NCBI GenBank assembly: GCA_965205405.1
Contig: OZ242169.1
Span: forward strand, 136,896 to 200,895
DNA from: Gammaproteobacteria bacterium
GTDB taxonomy: Bacteria; Pseudomonadota; Gammaproteobacteria; Eutrophobiales; Eutrophobiaceae
Length of the DNA: 64,000 bases
Reading direction: 5' to 3'
The notes beneath the pieces were generated by a model, which was given only the letters and a program-made list of their open reading frames with translations, was not told the DNA's origin and did not search any database. Both the position numbers and the translations under genes were made by a program. This document shows, piece by piece, positions 48,444-59,343 of this stretch (position 1 is its first letter; every line of letters starts with the position of its first letter).

Positions 48444-48944
48444 TCAATTAACCGTCAAAACTATGACGGCGCTGACCAGTCCCGCTTGCTCCTGGCCGGT
48501 TACGGTGATCTGCCCGGTATCAATGCCATGCAACCGCTGCAATCTGTCAAGCCATAGTATTACATTGTTAAACGGTACGTTTTCCAGCCAGACGCGCAAC
48601 TCGTTCCCGTCCCGGGGCTCAAATCGTTTGATGGAGATATCATGGTTTTGCGCGGCGCTCGTCAACATCGACAACAGTGATTCCTTCGTTACATTTTCCC
48701 CGACTTGCAGCGGTCGATTCAATACCCTGGCCCTGCTTTCATTCGCCTGCATCCATGCGAACAAACTCTGCCGTTGCCGATACTCCAGTGCTGCCTCGTC
48801 GGCAAACCGGTGGGCTGGTAACAGCATGCCGAAAGTGATTAACAGTGCCGTCAGTAACATCCCGGTGAGTATGAGCGCCCGGCGCAGCTTCAACGGTAAT
48901 TGGTTAAATAACTCAACCGACTGCCGAAAGCCGCGGCGCTCCAT
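48444..48944 (-). CDS. gspM: Type II secretion system protein M
   Basis: N-terminal TM, coiled region, LRVWLENVPFNNVILWLDRL; follows gspL. Confidence 0.82.
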   Translation of the reverse strand: MERRGFRQSVELFNQLPLKLRRALILTGMLLTALLITFGMLLPAHRFADEAALEYRQRQSLFAWMQANESRARVLNRPLQVGENVTKESLLSMLTSAAQNHDISIKRFEPRDGNELRVWLENVPFNNVILWLDRLQRLHGIDTGQITVTGQEQAGLVSAVIVLTVN

Positions 48945-48952
48945 ATTGGCCG

Positions 48953-50257
48953 TTACGCGTTCGTGATGCTGAGCCGTCCTTTTATCCATTGTTCTTCGTT
49001 ATTAACCGACAGGATCGTCACGTTCAGTGACCGGTTTTCAAGGCCCTGCTTGAGTTGGTCCAGCAGTTCTATATGTTTTACGTGAATATCCAGCCACAAG
49101 GTATTCTGCCGGCTGTCATAGCGCAATGATTGAATCTGCATCTCCGCCAGCTTCCCGGTCAGGCTGAGTTGCCGGCCCAGCATGCCCACCAGCATTAGAA
49201 ACCCGGTCTGCGGCTGCGCCTCCACGGCCTGCTTCAGGTGGTGTGCCATCTGTGTTCTGATGTTAACGATTTTGTTATCCTGCGGAAACAGGGAGCGGTA
49301 CAGGGCAATAGCCTGACTCTCCAACTGTGCAATCTCGTGCCTGAGGTAAAAACCCGTCGCCATATCGCTGACCACCTTCAATCCGATAACGATAAGTACG
49401 GCCGCTGCCGCCAGGCGCCGGTCGATCCTCAGTCTTCTGACCTTATCAATCTGGTACGGACCTTGTATTAAATCAGCGAGTCCCTTGTGCCTGGAGGTTT
49501 TATAGAATTCGTTCAAGTGGCGGCAAAGGTAATCGAAGGTATTATCAATCTTTTCCACCGTAACAGCGATGTCCCTGCCCTGCAGGAATGCCGTTGTGTC
49601 TGCTATCTCTGCATTAACCTGCATGTCGGCGCAAGCGCTTTCGGTCACTACAAATTTAACCTCGTCGGCAGGCAATTCTCCTGTTCCGGAGTTGCCCATA
49701 CAGCTTCTCAGAAACAATGCGATATTGTTCGTCTCCGTTTTCAAGGACGTAGCGCCGGTACTGATGATGGCGTATTTCTCATCGAACAGGACATGCCTTT
49801 CCGTCAGGGACAAAGCCGCCGCATAGGTGTCCGACAGCATGTGCCCGGGAGTAATGCCTTGCTCCTGCAACAGCGCCAGCCAGCTCCGTATACGCGCGTG
49901 ACTGGCCGCCATTACGGGGTATTGCCCGGCGCGCTCCCTGCCGCTGACGATGTGCATGTGTTCGACAGGTTCGGCAATCACTTCCTCCATCAGATAGGGC
50001 AATGTCTGCCTGAGATAGCGTTTTTGCCTGGCGGGGACGGTCAGTTTGCGGAATAAAATATCTTCACCAGGTGCTATGACGACAGTCTGCATACTCCGGG
50101 CAATAGGCCTCAGATCATCAAGCTGCTCAAGTACGGCATTGAATCCGCCATCCACTTTATTTCCGTCAAAGTCCAATACGGCCCAGTCCACCAGCGTGCC
50201 CCCGGCACCATGTGACCGGGAATTAATACGTAAATATAAGTTTGCTGTCCGGTTCAT
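48953..50257 (-). CDS. gspL: Type II secretion system protein L
   Basis: Actin-like N-domain (APGEDILFRKLTVP…LPYLMEEVIAEPVEHMH), NLxQG-like DLIQGPY before the TM, FPQDNKIVNIRTQM and LRYD motifs. Confidence 0.85.
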   Translation of the reverse strand: MNRTANLYLRINSRSHGAGGTLVDWAVLDFDGNKVDGGFNAVLEQLDDLRPIARSMQTVVIAPGEDILFRKLTVPARQKRYLRQTLPYLMEEVIAEPVEHMHIVSGRERAGQYPVMAASHARIRSWLALLQEQGITPGHMLSDTYAAALSLTERHVLFDEKYAIISTGATSLKTETNNIALFLRSCMGNSGTGELPADEVKFVVTESACADMQVNAEIADTTAFLQGRDIAVTVEKIDNTFDYLCRHLNEFYKTSRHKGLADLIQGPYQIDKVRRLRIDRRLAAAAVLIVIGLKVVSDMATGFYLRHEIAQLESQAIALYRSLFPQDNKIVNIRTQMAHHLKQAVEAQPQTGFLMLVGMLGRQLSLTGKLAEMQIQSLRYDSRQNTLWLDIHVKHIELLDQLKQGLENRSLNVTILSVNNEEQWIKGRLSITNA

Positions 50258-50430
50258 GTGTGCTTGTTATCCACGCTCTCCGGAATATAGTCGCCACCCC
50301 GGTCACGTGAGAGCATCCGTACCCGACCGGTTTCCGGATGACGGTATAATACGGTCATCAGGGACAGGGTCTGATCGGCAAATGTGGACCTTACGTACAC
50401 CATGAAGTAACGGCTCCTTGTCGTTACGTC
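50254..50430 (-). pseudogene. gspK: 3' remnant of type II secretion protein K
   Basis: TRSRYFMVYVRSTFADQTLSLMTVLYR…VRMLSRDRG resembles the GspK C-terminus; its stop overlaps the gspL ATG. Confidence 0.6.
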
Positions 50431-52045
50431 CGTGTCGGTCACGGCTTGCACGACCGGTTCGGGCGCGCTGTCGACGTTGACGGCAACAGGCGGCGGCAGC
50501 GTGCTCGGCAATAACCGTCCCATCATGGCCGCGCAGCAGGCCGCCCAGCGCCAGGATGTCCTGAGGTCCGGACGACACGCTGCCATAGGCAATGAGTTCC
50601 TCACCGATGCGCACCACCCCCGCCGCCGGGAACGCGTCGCGCAATGCCGCCGGGGTCGTGCCGGGGTACGGTTTGAGCCGCAGCGTGGTCGCCGCGGCGC
50701 TCAACTCGGCGTCCAGCACCCCGTAGTAGGTCGCCAGCAGGTCCGCCACGTGGCGCACCGCCAGGCTGCCCGGTATGGCGCCGAAGCGGGAATGACTGCC
50801 CAGCCCCACGCGCCGCGCCGCGGCCCGCAGGCCGGCATCATCCCCGCCGAAGTCCGACCCGACCCCCAGGCTGCCGTCCTCGAAGGCGCCCCAGTCGGAA
50901 TTCCGGTACACGGTCTGCCAGCCCAGGTCATTGGCCAGCGTCAACGCGCGGTCCAGGTTGGCGCTGCTCAAATCCGTGAACACCAGGTACGGCGCATTCG
51001 CCTGCTCCGCCTGCTTGCCCCAGACCTTGGATACAATCGGGTGCGGCAGCTCTTCCCCCGACCCGATGGCGCCGATGCGCGCCAGCACCGCGGCGTCCAT
51101 GGCGTCGCGCAATGACTCATCTCCCACAACCGCAGCGCGCCGGGACACCCCGAACAAGGCCACCTTCGACCCGACCAGTTGCCCATGTAGCGCCTGCTCA
51201 GCGTCCAGCGGCGCCACCGGCAGCGGCGCCTCAACGCCCACTGCCGACCAGGGTTTGAACACCCGTTCCACGCTGTAGTCCCGGGTGTAGGCCTGCAGCA
51301 GGCTGCCGAACGTGGCCGGCAGCGCCGCACACACGGCAAAACCATGACGGCATGCCCCGCCCTGCCCGGCGCCGCCCACGGCTTCGGCCTCAAGGCCCGT
51401 CTGCGGGTATTGCTGTGGCCAGCCGCCCAGGGTCCGGGCATTGACGCCGATAAGGCCGATGGCAAAATCCCGATCGCTCACCACTCCCACCGTCTCGCCG
51501 ACGTGCGCCGAGATGTCCGTGGCGAGCGGTCCCCACAATACCAGGCGGATGTCCTTGTCCTCAGGATTGGCAATCGCCGTCACCTCCAGCGTCGCATAGC
51601 CCGGCTTCTGCACCACCTCGACCGTGACCTCGATACGGTCGGCAAAGCGGAACAGGTAGCTGCCCCGGGCCGTCTCCCCTGCCTCCGCAGTCCGGGTCGT
51701 GTAGCGCCGGCTCTGCGGCCGGTAGTGGACCTCCGTGCCGGTCGAGACCGGCACATCGGGACTGTCCTCCACCACCAGGCTGAGCAGGTGGGTGGAGCGG
51801 CCGACTGCCCGGCGGTTCGCGCCGCCTGTGTCCCCTTCATACAAACCGGTTATCCGTCCCTCGGCGTTCAGGCTGAGGGTCAGGTCACCGGCCGTGAGGG
51901 TCTCACCGGGCGTCAGAGGGATGCCGATGCTGGGCGCGCCGAGCATGATGAAGAGGGCCGGGCCGGCCAGACAGCAGACGGCAAGCAGGCAGCGCAAGGC
52001 TTTGGGAGAACGGAAGAACGGGAAGAGAAGCGAGGCGGGACACAT
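50431..52045 (-). pseudogene. High-GC fragment of a large secreted protein (possibly carbohydrate-active), truncated and fused to gspK'
   Basis: Signal-like N-terminus, WGP…VGETVGVV…FAIG and VRIGEELIAY…RGHDGT..AEH segments; strong GC3 bias; frameshift near 50490 followed by the junction with the gspK tail. Confidence 0.55.
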
Positions 52046-52400
52046 GACGAATTGTCAATGATGGAGGTTGTTTAAAACGGCGGGGCGGATCCAGCGACGT
52101 TGCATAAACTCTCCCTTTGATACCGGTAAAGATGGAACGGAAATTGAACTCTCTTGCCCCATTGAAGCCTCCAGACCTGTTGTAATCCTAAGTCACATTC
52201 GACCTTCTGGAATCACCTTACGTGTATTTGTTATACAAAACATTATTTTAGTAGTAAACTATATGGTGAGTCAACGAATTTGTTCATTGTTGTTAGGAAC
52301 ACATAAACTGTCCGGTCCCGTATCGAGGTACGGGACAAGCATTATCATGTTGGTTTTTGGGAGTCATGATGAAGCGGACAGTGTGGTTACCGGTTCTCAT

Positions 52401-52561
52401 GGACGGATTTGAAATCCGTCCCCATAGCGCTCTCAACCCCCCAGTAGAGCGCGTCCCGGACTATCGCTCCGGGGTGGGGATGGATTTTAAATCCGTTATC
52501 GGTGGGCAACCCGCCGCGTGATGGGGCGGGTGGACTGGGGACGGATTTGAAATCCGTCCCC
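52401..52561. repeat. Three family II hairpins (GGACGGATTTgAAATCCGTCCC)
   Basis: Copies at 52401-52422, about 52476-52498 (degenerate) and 52537-52561. Confidence 0.82.
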
Positions 52562-52585
52562 AAAGCGCTCCGGGTGGAGAGGCGG

Positions 52586-54427
52586 TTACTGTGGGTTGTC
52601 GATGCCCTTGTCTTCTTCCAGGAGCATTGCGCTGCGTGGCGCAAGTTGTTTAATGGCGAACGTATCGGTAAAACGTCCCAGTTCCTGTGCAGACCAGACA
52701 TCGCGCAACTGCGCCGGACGTCGCAGTTTTATGGATACGTCAATCGGAGTTTCACCGCTGTTGAAGGCTGCGTAATATATCTTTTCCGGTTTCTCAATTG
52801 TCACAACGACATTGTCAATATCCTGGTAAACCGGAGCGCCGCCCGGCGGTTGCATTAAATCAAGTTTCCCCATTGTTTCCGGCGATAATAAAGTCAGATC
52901 ATCTCCTGACAGCAAAATACCTCCGGTCATGAAGATGCTCGTCCAGTGGTATTGAAGTTCCGAAGCGGATAATTCACCGGCAAACGTGTGCAGTCCCGCT
53001 TCTCCGGCAAGCAATACCGAGTCCGGGTCCACGTGCCACAATCGACCATTCTGCCAGGCGCGAAAAAGATTCTGACCAGATGTCATTTTGACTGATTTCC
53101 AGGTCGGATAGATGTCTTCCGAGCTTCTTGACCCCTCTATCAGGCCCAGCGAAGCCCAGTTTACGTGGTTGGCAGCGGTAATGAAGCTGTCTTCTCCCAT
53201 AGCTCGCCGGATTGCCGATAGCCCCTGCCGGTAGGCTTCAATCCTGGTCTTGTTCCCGTCATGGAGGCGGCCGCCATGCATCGCCGCCCAGAACAGCGCG
53301 TCCAGTTTATAATATTTAATTCCCCATTCATGACGCATAACACGAAAGAGATCCTCCAGGTATTCGGTGACGTGGGGATGGGTACAGTCGAGCACGTACC
53401 AGGGATCACCTCGACCAAACCCACCGAAGGTCACGAGGTCGGAGCGCAGCGGTTGGCCGTTATCATCCCTGATAAACCACTCGGGATGATATTGAAACAG
53501 GTGCGAGGTACTGTCTGCGATAAAAGGCGCTACCCAGAGGCCCGGTTCGAAGCCGCGTGCGCGAATCGCACCTGCCAGTTCGCCCAGAGAGGCCCCGAAT
53601 TCAGGGCGCGTCACCAGCCAGTCACCCATGTGTTCCTGGTAACCGTCATCTACCTGGATAATTCTGATCGGGGCAGGTATGGTCTTGAGTGTATCGACTA
53701 CTCTTGTTACCTGTTCGGCCGTCACTTCGTGCCCGAAAGATACCCAGGAGGACCAGCCGACGGGTGGGGAGGCTGATATGCGCGGTTTATGCTGAATACG
53801 GATAGCTTCGGCCAATGATTCCAAAAGTGAATTCCTGCCGGGTCCCATGGCAAACATAAATTCCTCCAGCCTCCACGTCTCACCCGGCAGCAGTGATATG
53901 CCTTCGGCCTCGAGAACAACAGAAATTTCACCGGAATGAAAGCGCATAATACCCTGGAAACGGCGGCAGGAAGTAAAGGCGAAAAGAACGGTCTCCGCCT
54001 GAGGTGGCGTCAACAGCGCCATGTTGTATACGGTAAGAGCGCCTTCAGCCTGCGGCAGCTTGTAGTGGTCCCTGTCAGTGTGCTCACCGATATCCACGGG
54101 TGCGCCCAGGCTGCCTCCCGTTTGCGACAGCATGGTAAAACCCTCACCATAGAGCGCAGTCTCAGGAGGCATTTGATGGAAAATACGGAATAAAACTATT
54201 TCCTCTATGCTGACCGGTACATCAGCCGTATTTTTCAAGGTGAAGCAGGCCGTATTTCCTGTCCAGGTACGTTCCAGGACGATTCTTTTTCTGTCAACGA
54301 AACCAGTCTGCCGCAGAATAATCTCATATCCGGTATTTTTAACCATATCAAGCGTGATATAGCCGGATGTGCTTTGAATTTGTGACGCGCTGGCTGCATT
54401 CACCTGCCCGGGATCATTTTGCAACAT
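52586..54427 (-). CDS. Glycoside hydrolase family 36 (alpha-galactosidase/alpha-GalNAcase-like)
   Basis: PVGWSSW, IQVDDGY, GLWVAPF, YYKLDA and RSSEDI motifs; no clear signal peptide. Confidence 0.88.
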   Translation of the reverse strand: MLQNDPGQVNAASASQIQSTSGYITLDMVKNTGYEIILRQTGFVDRKRIVLERTWTGNTACFTLKNTADVPVSIEEIVLFRIFHQMPPETALYGEGFTMLSQTGGSLGAPVDIGEHTDRDHYKLPQAEGALTVYNMALLTPPQAETVLFAFTSCRRFQGIMRFHSGEISVVLEAEGISLLPGETWRLEEFMFAMGPGRNSLLESLAEAIRIQHKPRISASPPVGWSSWVSFGHEVTAEQVTRVVDTLKTIPAPIRIIQVDDGYQEHMGDWLVTRPEFGASLGELAGAIRARGFEPGLWVAPFIADSTSHLFQYHPEWFIRDDNGQPLRSDLVTFGGFGRGDPWYVLDCTHPHVTEYLEDLFRVMRHEWGIKYYKLDALFWAAMHGGRLHDGNKTRIEAYRQGLSAIRRAMGEDSFITAANHVNWASLGLIEGSRSSEDIYPTWKSVKMTSGQNLFRAWQNGRLWHVDPDSVLLAGEAGLHTFAGELSASELQYHWTSIFMTGGILLSGDDLTLLSPETMGKLDLMQPPGGAPVYQDIDNVVVTIEKPEKIYYAAFNSGETPIDVSIKLRRPAQLRDVWSAQELGRFTDTFAIKQLAPRSAMLLEEDKGIDNPQ

Positions 54428-54545
54428 TTAACTCAACCAATATTATTATTCTGGTTACAACAATCATCCTGAAATAAGATAAGAAAAATATATCACCCGA
54501 TTCAAGTCCCTGTTTAGTTTGGTGATAATTGGTTGGTATTTTAAC

Positions 54546-56315
54546 TCATGACTTTAATCCTTGTGTTACAGCCTTGAATTTTTTATGAACTACCAAAGCC
54601 GCTACCAGGGTAACTAACGAATAAAGACCGGCCATTGACCAATTTCCGAACAAAGCATAGCCGGACGCAAATAACAGGCCAAAGATAAAGAGAACGCTGG
54701 CCGACCAGGCGATGGCATTATCCTTAAACCCGACATCCAGCGGCGCTATGTCGGTGATGCGGCGCACCCGGCTCCAGCCTGCCCCTTGTATGCGCATGCG
54801 TTTGTAGAATTCAACTGCTTGTGATGAGGGTCCATCCCGGGTCGTCAGATATGTGACGGCAATACATACCACTGTCGTCACTATGAAGTTAATCAGCATC
54901 CTGACGGCAAACCAGTCCTCGCCGGGCTGGTCCGGGAGCAGAATAAATAACAGGTTCCCGACTATGGCGGCCGTCGCCAGGGTGACTATCTCAGACCAGA
55001 TGTTGATACGCCACCAATACCAGCGGGCGATGAGCACAAAAGATATGCCTCCCCAGAAAACAAACAGGTATTTGTAGGCATCGAGCAGGCCTGTCAAGCG
55101 GGTGCCGATCAGGATTGCAATGACTATCAGCACGGCCATGGCACAGCGGGCAGCCGTAACGTAATGCCTCCTGTCACGTCCCGGCGCCAGGTAGGGCTGG
55201 TAGATGTCATTAATGATATAGGACGCTCCCCAGTTCATGTGCGTATCCAGGGTACTCATAAACGCCGCCAGCAGCGAGGCAACCATGATTCCCTTCAGAC
55301 CAATCGGCAAAAAGGCATCTATCATCTCCGGATAGGCCTGCTCCGCATCGGCCAGCGTCGGGAAATAGACCAGGGAGGCAACACCCACGATGATCCAGGG
55401 CCAACTGCGCAGTACGTAATTGCAAAAGCAATACCAGTATATACTCAGCATGGCGTCCTTCTCAGAACGGGTGGCAAACACCCGTTGCAGGTAAAAGCCG
55501 GTGCCCGGAGCGAGAAACAGCCAACTCACCGTAACAAGAATGAAAAACGTGGCCGTCTCCAGGTCCCAGCCGAACTCAGGAAACATGTTCAACTGTTCCA
55601 ATCGAAATTCCGGCACGGTCTGCAATTGTAACAACACCCCTCCCTTGGCGGACAGGTCAAGCCAGACGATGACCGCCAGGGCAATCGCGCCCACCATGGC
55701 CAGGGTAAACTGGATCAGGTCGGTATACACCACACCGTACAGACCAGAGAGTACGGTGTAGAGCAGCGCGCTGAATCCCAGCAGCGCCAGGAGAGCCAAA
55801 TCCGGGGTAACCGGGCCCAGCAGCGGCAACAGGAACAAAGGCTCCCGGGATAACCCCAGGATGACGGCCAGGATCTTCGACATGGCCAGGGTCACGGAGG
55901 CCATGATTATGCAGTTTACGAACACCCCGTCGAACAATGCCTTGAACATTCGCAGGCCGTGCATGGCCCTGCTTGTGTCATAACGCCTGCTGATGAACTC
56001 TATTTCCGTCAACACCCGTGAACGGCGCCAGAGCCGCGCAAAGAAAAAAACCGTTGCCAGTGTGCCCAGGACGCCTGCCCACATAATCCAGACCGCGTAA
56101 ATTCCTTCTTCCCGCACCGCGCCGGCCACCCATAGAGGCGTATCCGATGAGAACGTCGTGGCCACCATGGACGTCCCTGCTATGTACCAGGGCAGGGAAC
56201 GGCCGGCGACAAAAAAATCCGTCGTGCTGGCGGCCGCCCGTTTTACGAAATAAAAACCGATCAGCAGGGCTGCGCCCACATATAGGCCGACGATACTCCA
56301 GTCAATCCAGGTCAT
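54546..56315 (-). CDS. Sodium:solute symporter family transporter
   Basis: DFFVAGRSLPW…SMVATTFSSDTP, GLYGVVYTDLIQF, QRVFATRSEKDA and AAFMST motifs. Confidence 0.92.
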   Translation of the reverse strand: MTWIDWSIVGLYVGAALLIGFYFVKRAAASTTDFFVAGRSLPWYIAGTSMVATTFSSDTPLWVAGAVREEGIYAVWIMWAGVLGTLATVFFFARLWRRSRVLTEIEFISRRYDTSRAMHGLRMFKALFDGVFVNCIIMASVTLAMSKILAVILGLSREPLFLLPLLGPVTPDLALLALLGFSALLYTVLSGLYGVVYTDLIQFTLAMVGAIALAVIVWLDLSAKGGVLLQLQTVPEFRLEQLNMFPEFGWDLETATFFILVTVSWLFLAPGTGFYLQRVFATRSEKDAMLSIYWYCFCNYVLRSWPWIIVGVASLVYFPTLADAEQAYPEMIDAFLPIGLKGIMVASLLAAFMSTLDTHMNWGASYIINDIYQPYLAPGRDRRHYVTAARCAMAVLIVIAILIGTRLTGLLDAYKYLFVFWGGISFVLIARWYWWRINIWSEIVTLATAAIVGNLLFILLPDQPGEDWFAVRMLINFIVTTVVCIAVTYLTTRDGPSSQAVEFYKRMRIQGAGWSRVRRITDIAPLDVGFKDNAIAWSASVLFIFGLLFASGYALFGNWSMAGLYSLVTLVAALVVHKKFKAVTQGLKS

Positions 56316-56407
56316 GGTTGCTTACCGGGTCAGTTACAGTAAAAAGGCGGAATAGATATTCACTATTCCGCCGTCCCGTAAATTACCAAACGGAATATAC
56401 TGCCGTA

Positions 56408-59137
56408 TCAGAAGGATGCACGCACCCCGAATTCAACACGCGGGCCGACCGTTGCCAGGGACACCGGACGGTCCGGGCTGTCCGAATAGAGCTTTGTGTC
56501 TTCATCGGTCAGGTTCAGGCCGCTGACAAAAACGGTAAAATTATCATTGAAGAAATAGCTGAGCGACGCGTCCAGTTGACCATACTCGTCAACGTACTGC
56601 GTATTGCCGAATACGTCGGAGGGTAACAGTACGAATTCACTCCTGAACGACCAGGCCAGGCGCGCCTGGAATTTACCTTTTTCGTAATAGCCGGTCAGGT
56701 TGTAACTGTAGTCGGAGACCCCTGCAAACGGTATCTCCTGACCTTCGTTAGCCCCAGAGGTAAATTCCGCGGAGCTGTCAATCACCGTTGCATTGAGTAT
56801 ATAGCCGAAACCATTATCAAAGGCCTGCTGGTAACCGGACTCAAGACCAATGATTTCCGCTTCACCCTGGTTCAGGGGCTGGGTAACGCTGTTGAAGTTC
56901 ACGTCGAACAGAGTCACGTCAGTCGATGTGCTGCCACCGATAAACTCATCGATCTGTTTCCAGAAAGCCCCTATGTAGACGGCGCTGCTGTCAGCAAAAT
57001 ACCACTCCAGACCCAAATCATAGTTCATTGATTCATAGGCAACAAGCTCCGGGTTACCGGCTCTTGCAATCCGCTGGGTCGGGTTTGCGACCGAGAGACC
57101 GGGCCTTAAGTCATCAAAGGTCGGGCGAGTGAGCGATTTATTTGCGGAAAAACGCAGGAACAAGTCATCCTTTAATTCAAACCGCAGGTTCAGGCTGGGC
57201 AATACATTGATGTAATCACTGCCGACTGTCCACGGCACAATTTCCTCACCGAGAGCTACCACGCTGCCCAGCGTGGTGACCGGATCATTGTCGATCCTGA
57301 AAGGTTGATTATAGCCGGTGACATCCGTCTCCGTGCGCACAATCCTCACGCCCACGTTGCCAAGGTAAGGGATACTGCCGATCTCACCCTCCAGTTCCAG
57401 TTGCGCATAGGCCGCGAGGGTCTGCTCATCGGTCTTGTATGAATCCACCGGCTTATACTCTACGTCAAAACTGGAACCGGGGACATTGGCAAGAATGTAT
57501 GCCCTGGAACTGGGGATATCAGGAAAGGGCACCTGTCCGAAAGGATAAGAGCTATCACCGTCAAGGAAATTACCAACGCGGAACGTCTCGATACCGGCAG
57601 CAGGAATGTTACCCGTGAATACGTTAAACGTGGTGTAATCCTGCACTTCCTTGGTCCGGTCACGGTAGCGCACCCCTAATTTCACCCTTTCGGCAAATAC
57701 GGCGTCCAACCCAACCGAAAATTCACTGTCATCATTGTAGCGCTCAACCGAATCCGCATTCCGAGTTACATAGTTGGATATATCGGACAGGTCAGGGCCA
57801 CGGAAATTACCGACATCTACCTGTCCGCCACTGACCCGGACATCAAAAGTAGAACGCTCCGTAGTCTGCAGGCCATTACGCAAAAAGTTCTGTTCGCCCT
57901 CTGCCTTGGAGTAAGCTATGTCAAAGTTTAAATCAGCCCAATCCGACAGGGAAAAATCATAGTTCAGGCCGAGACCGAAGACCGTATCGTCAACCTGCTG
58001 AACATCCGTCAGCGCAAGAACGATGGAGTTCGCGGTAAAATCCGTTAATGTGCCATTATCATTGATCGCCGCATCCACCGTCACACTCCCATCGGGATTG
58101 GCAGCCATGCCAACAGTGCCGAATTCCATTGCTCTCCAACCGGCAACGGCGCCACAGCACTCCATGACCGCTGATTTCACGCCCGAGGTATCGATATTCC
58201 GTTCCGAGTAAAACACGTCCGCCGTCAACTCATGGCCGTCACCCACTTCCCACTGCAACGTACTGGCAAGGGTCAGGCGGTCACGGTCCTCAGAGAAACT
58301 CGCAGGTAAGGCGGCACTCGTCGTGACATAGTCCGACAGGTCCCCCACACCGTCCCCGTTAGTATCGAGCACGACTGCAGGCGGACAAAAACTGTCCGAG
58401 GTACACCAGCCGTAACTGTCATTATTGTCCTCCCGGATGTATCGTTCCGAGTAGGAGACACTGCCCAGCCAACCAAATGTTTCGTCCTCACTGACCCAAC
58501 TGAACAGGCCGGCAACAGTCGGCTCAACATCCTCGTTGAACATGCGATAAGCACCCTTGACAGAACCGACAATCTTGTTGCCGAGGTCAAGGGGCCGATG
58601 GGTATGAACGTCAACCACACCACCCATGCCGCCTTCAACGTGCTCTGCTGACGGGGATTTCACCACCTGGAGCGAATTGATGATGTCCGCAGGCAGGAGG
58701 TCGAAGTTGGTCTTACGGCCGGAGGTATCCTTCAGTCCGCCGTTGCGCGTTGCCTGCCGGGATTCGGTAGCACTCAGCATGGTGCGGCCGTTGACGGTGC
58801 TCCGAACAAACTTAGGACCCAGACCGCGGATGGAAACAAAGTCACCCTCCCCGCGGTTACGCTGGATGGCAACGCCTGCCACCCGCTGCAGGGCCTCTGC
58901 GATATTCGAGTCGGGTAATTTACCCACTTCCTCGGCGCTGATGGCATCGACAAAGTTCGTGCTGTCCTGCTTCACAGTCAATGACTCCTGCAGGGATTTC
59001 CTGATGCCCCTGACCACCACTTCTTCTATCACCTCAGCCGATTCCTGGCTGTAAACATTACCCGAGCCCAGAATAAAACCCGCCAGCAGCGTCGCGGGCA
59101 CCAGGGAAACTGTAAATATTCGCTTGTAAATAAACAT
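56408..59137 (-). CDS. TonB-dependent receptor (carbohydrate-locus type)
   Basis: IEEVVVRGIRKSL, DAISAEEVGKLPDSNIAEALQRVAGV, SIRGLGP, GGMGGVVDV and C-terminal GVRASF. Confidence 0.94.
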   Translation of the reverse strand: MFIYKRIFTVSLVPATLLAGFILGSGNVYSQESAEVIEEVVVRGIRKSLQESLTVKQDSTNFVDAISAEEVGKLPDSNIAEALQRVAGVAIQRNRGEGDFVSIRGLGPKFVRSTVNGRTMLSATESRQATRNGGLKDTSGRKTNFDLLPADIINSLQVVKSPSAEHVEGGMGGVVDVHTHRPLDLGNKIVGSVKGAYRMFNEDVEPTVAGLFSWVSEDETFGWLGSVSYSERYIREDNNDSYGWCTSDSFCPPAVVLDTNGDGVGDLSDYVTTSAALPASFSEDRDRLTLASTLQWEVGDGHELTADVFYSERNIDTSGVKSAVMECCGAVAGWRAMEFGTVGMAANPDGSVTVDAAINDNGTLTDFTANSIVLALTDVQQVDDTVFGLGLNYDFSLSDWADLNFDIAYSKAEGEQNFLRNGLQTTERSTFDVRVSGGQVDVGNFRGPDLSDISNYVTRNADSVERYNDDSEFSVGLDAVFAERVKLGVRYRDRTKEVQDYTTFNVFTGNIPAAGIETFRVGNFLDGDSSYPFGQVPFPDIPSSRAYILANVPGSSFDVEYKPVDSYKTDEQTLAAYAQLELEGEIGSIPYLGNVGVRIVRTETDVTGYNQPFRIDNDPVTTLGSVVALGEEIVPWTVGSDYINVLPSLNLRFELKDDLFLRFSANKSLTRPTFDDLRPGLSVANPTQRIARAGNPELVAYESMNYDLGLEWYFADSSAVYIGAFWKQIDEFIGGSTSTDVTLFDVNFNSVTQPLNQGEAEIIGLESGYQQAFDNGFGYILNATVIDSSAEFTSGANEGQEIPFAGVSDYSYNLTGYYEKGKFQARLAWSFRSEFVLLPSDVFGNTQYVDEYGQLDASLSYFFNDNFTVFVSGLNLTDEDTKLYSDSPDRPVSLATVGPRVEFGVRASF

Positions 59138-59324
59138 TACTATCTACCTCCTGACTAATTCAAGTTATCGCCCAGGAAGTATTACACAGGTATTTTTTAT
59201 ATGCAACACATTTTTATAAATAAAACAGTGAACCGAAAATTCGGATGTTTCAATGCGTATCAGTCCACATTCACAGTTTGAATAAAACGACCTGCCTGCC
59301 ATTGCATTATCGGTCGGCCCCATG

Positions 59325-59343
59325 GGGTTAAGTTGTCAGTACC
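59325..59343. mobile_element. Solo IS6 terminal inverted repeat
   Basis: GGGTTAAGTTGTCAGTACC is an 18/19 match to the TIR at 47151-47169 and supplies the nagB stop codon. Confidence 0.75.

Noticed and set aside
52068-52412. 114-aa plus-strand ORF and the 104-aa ORF at 52387-52701
   Set aside because: No motifs; they lie in AT-rich intergenic DNA or are translated REP hairpins (GTDFKSV repeats).
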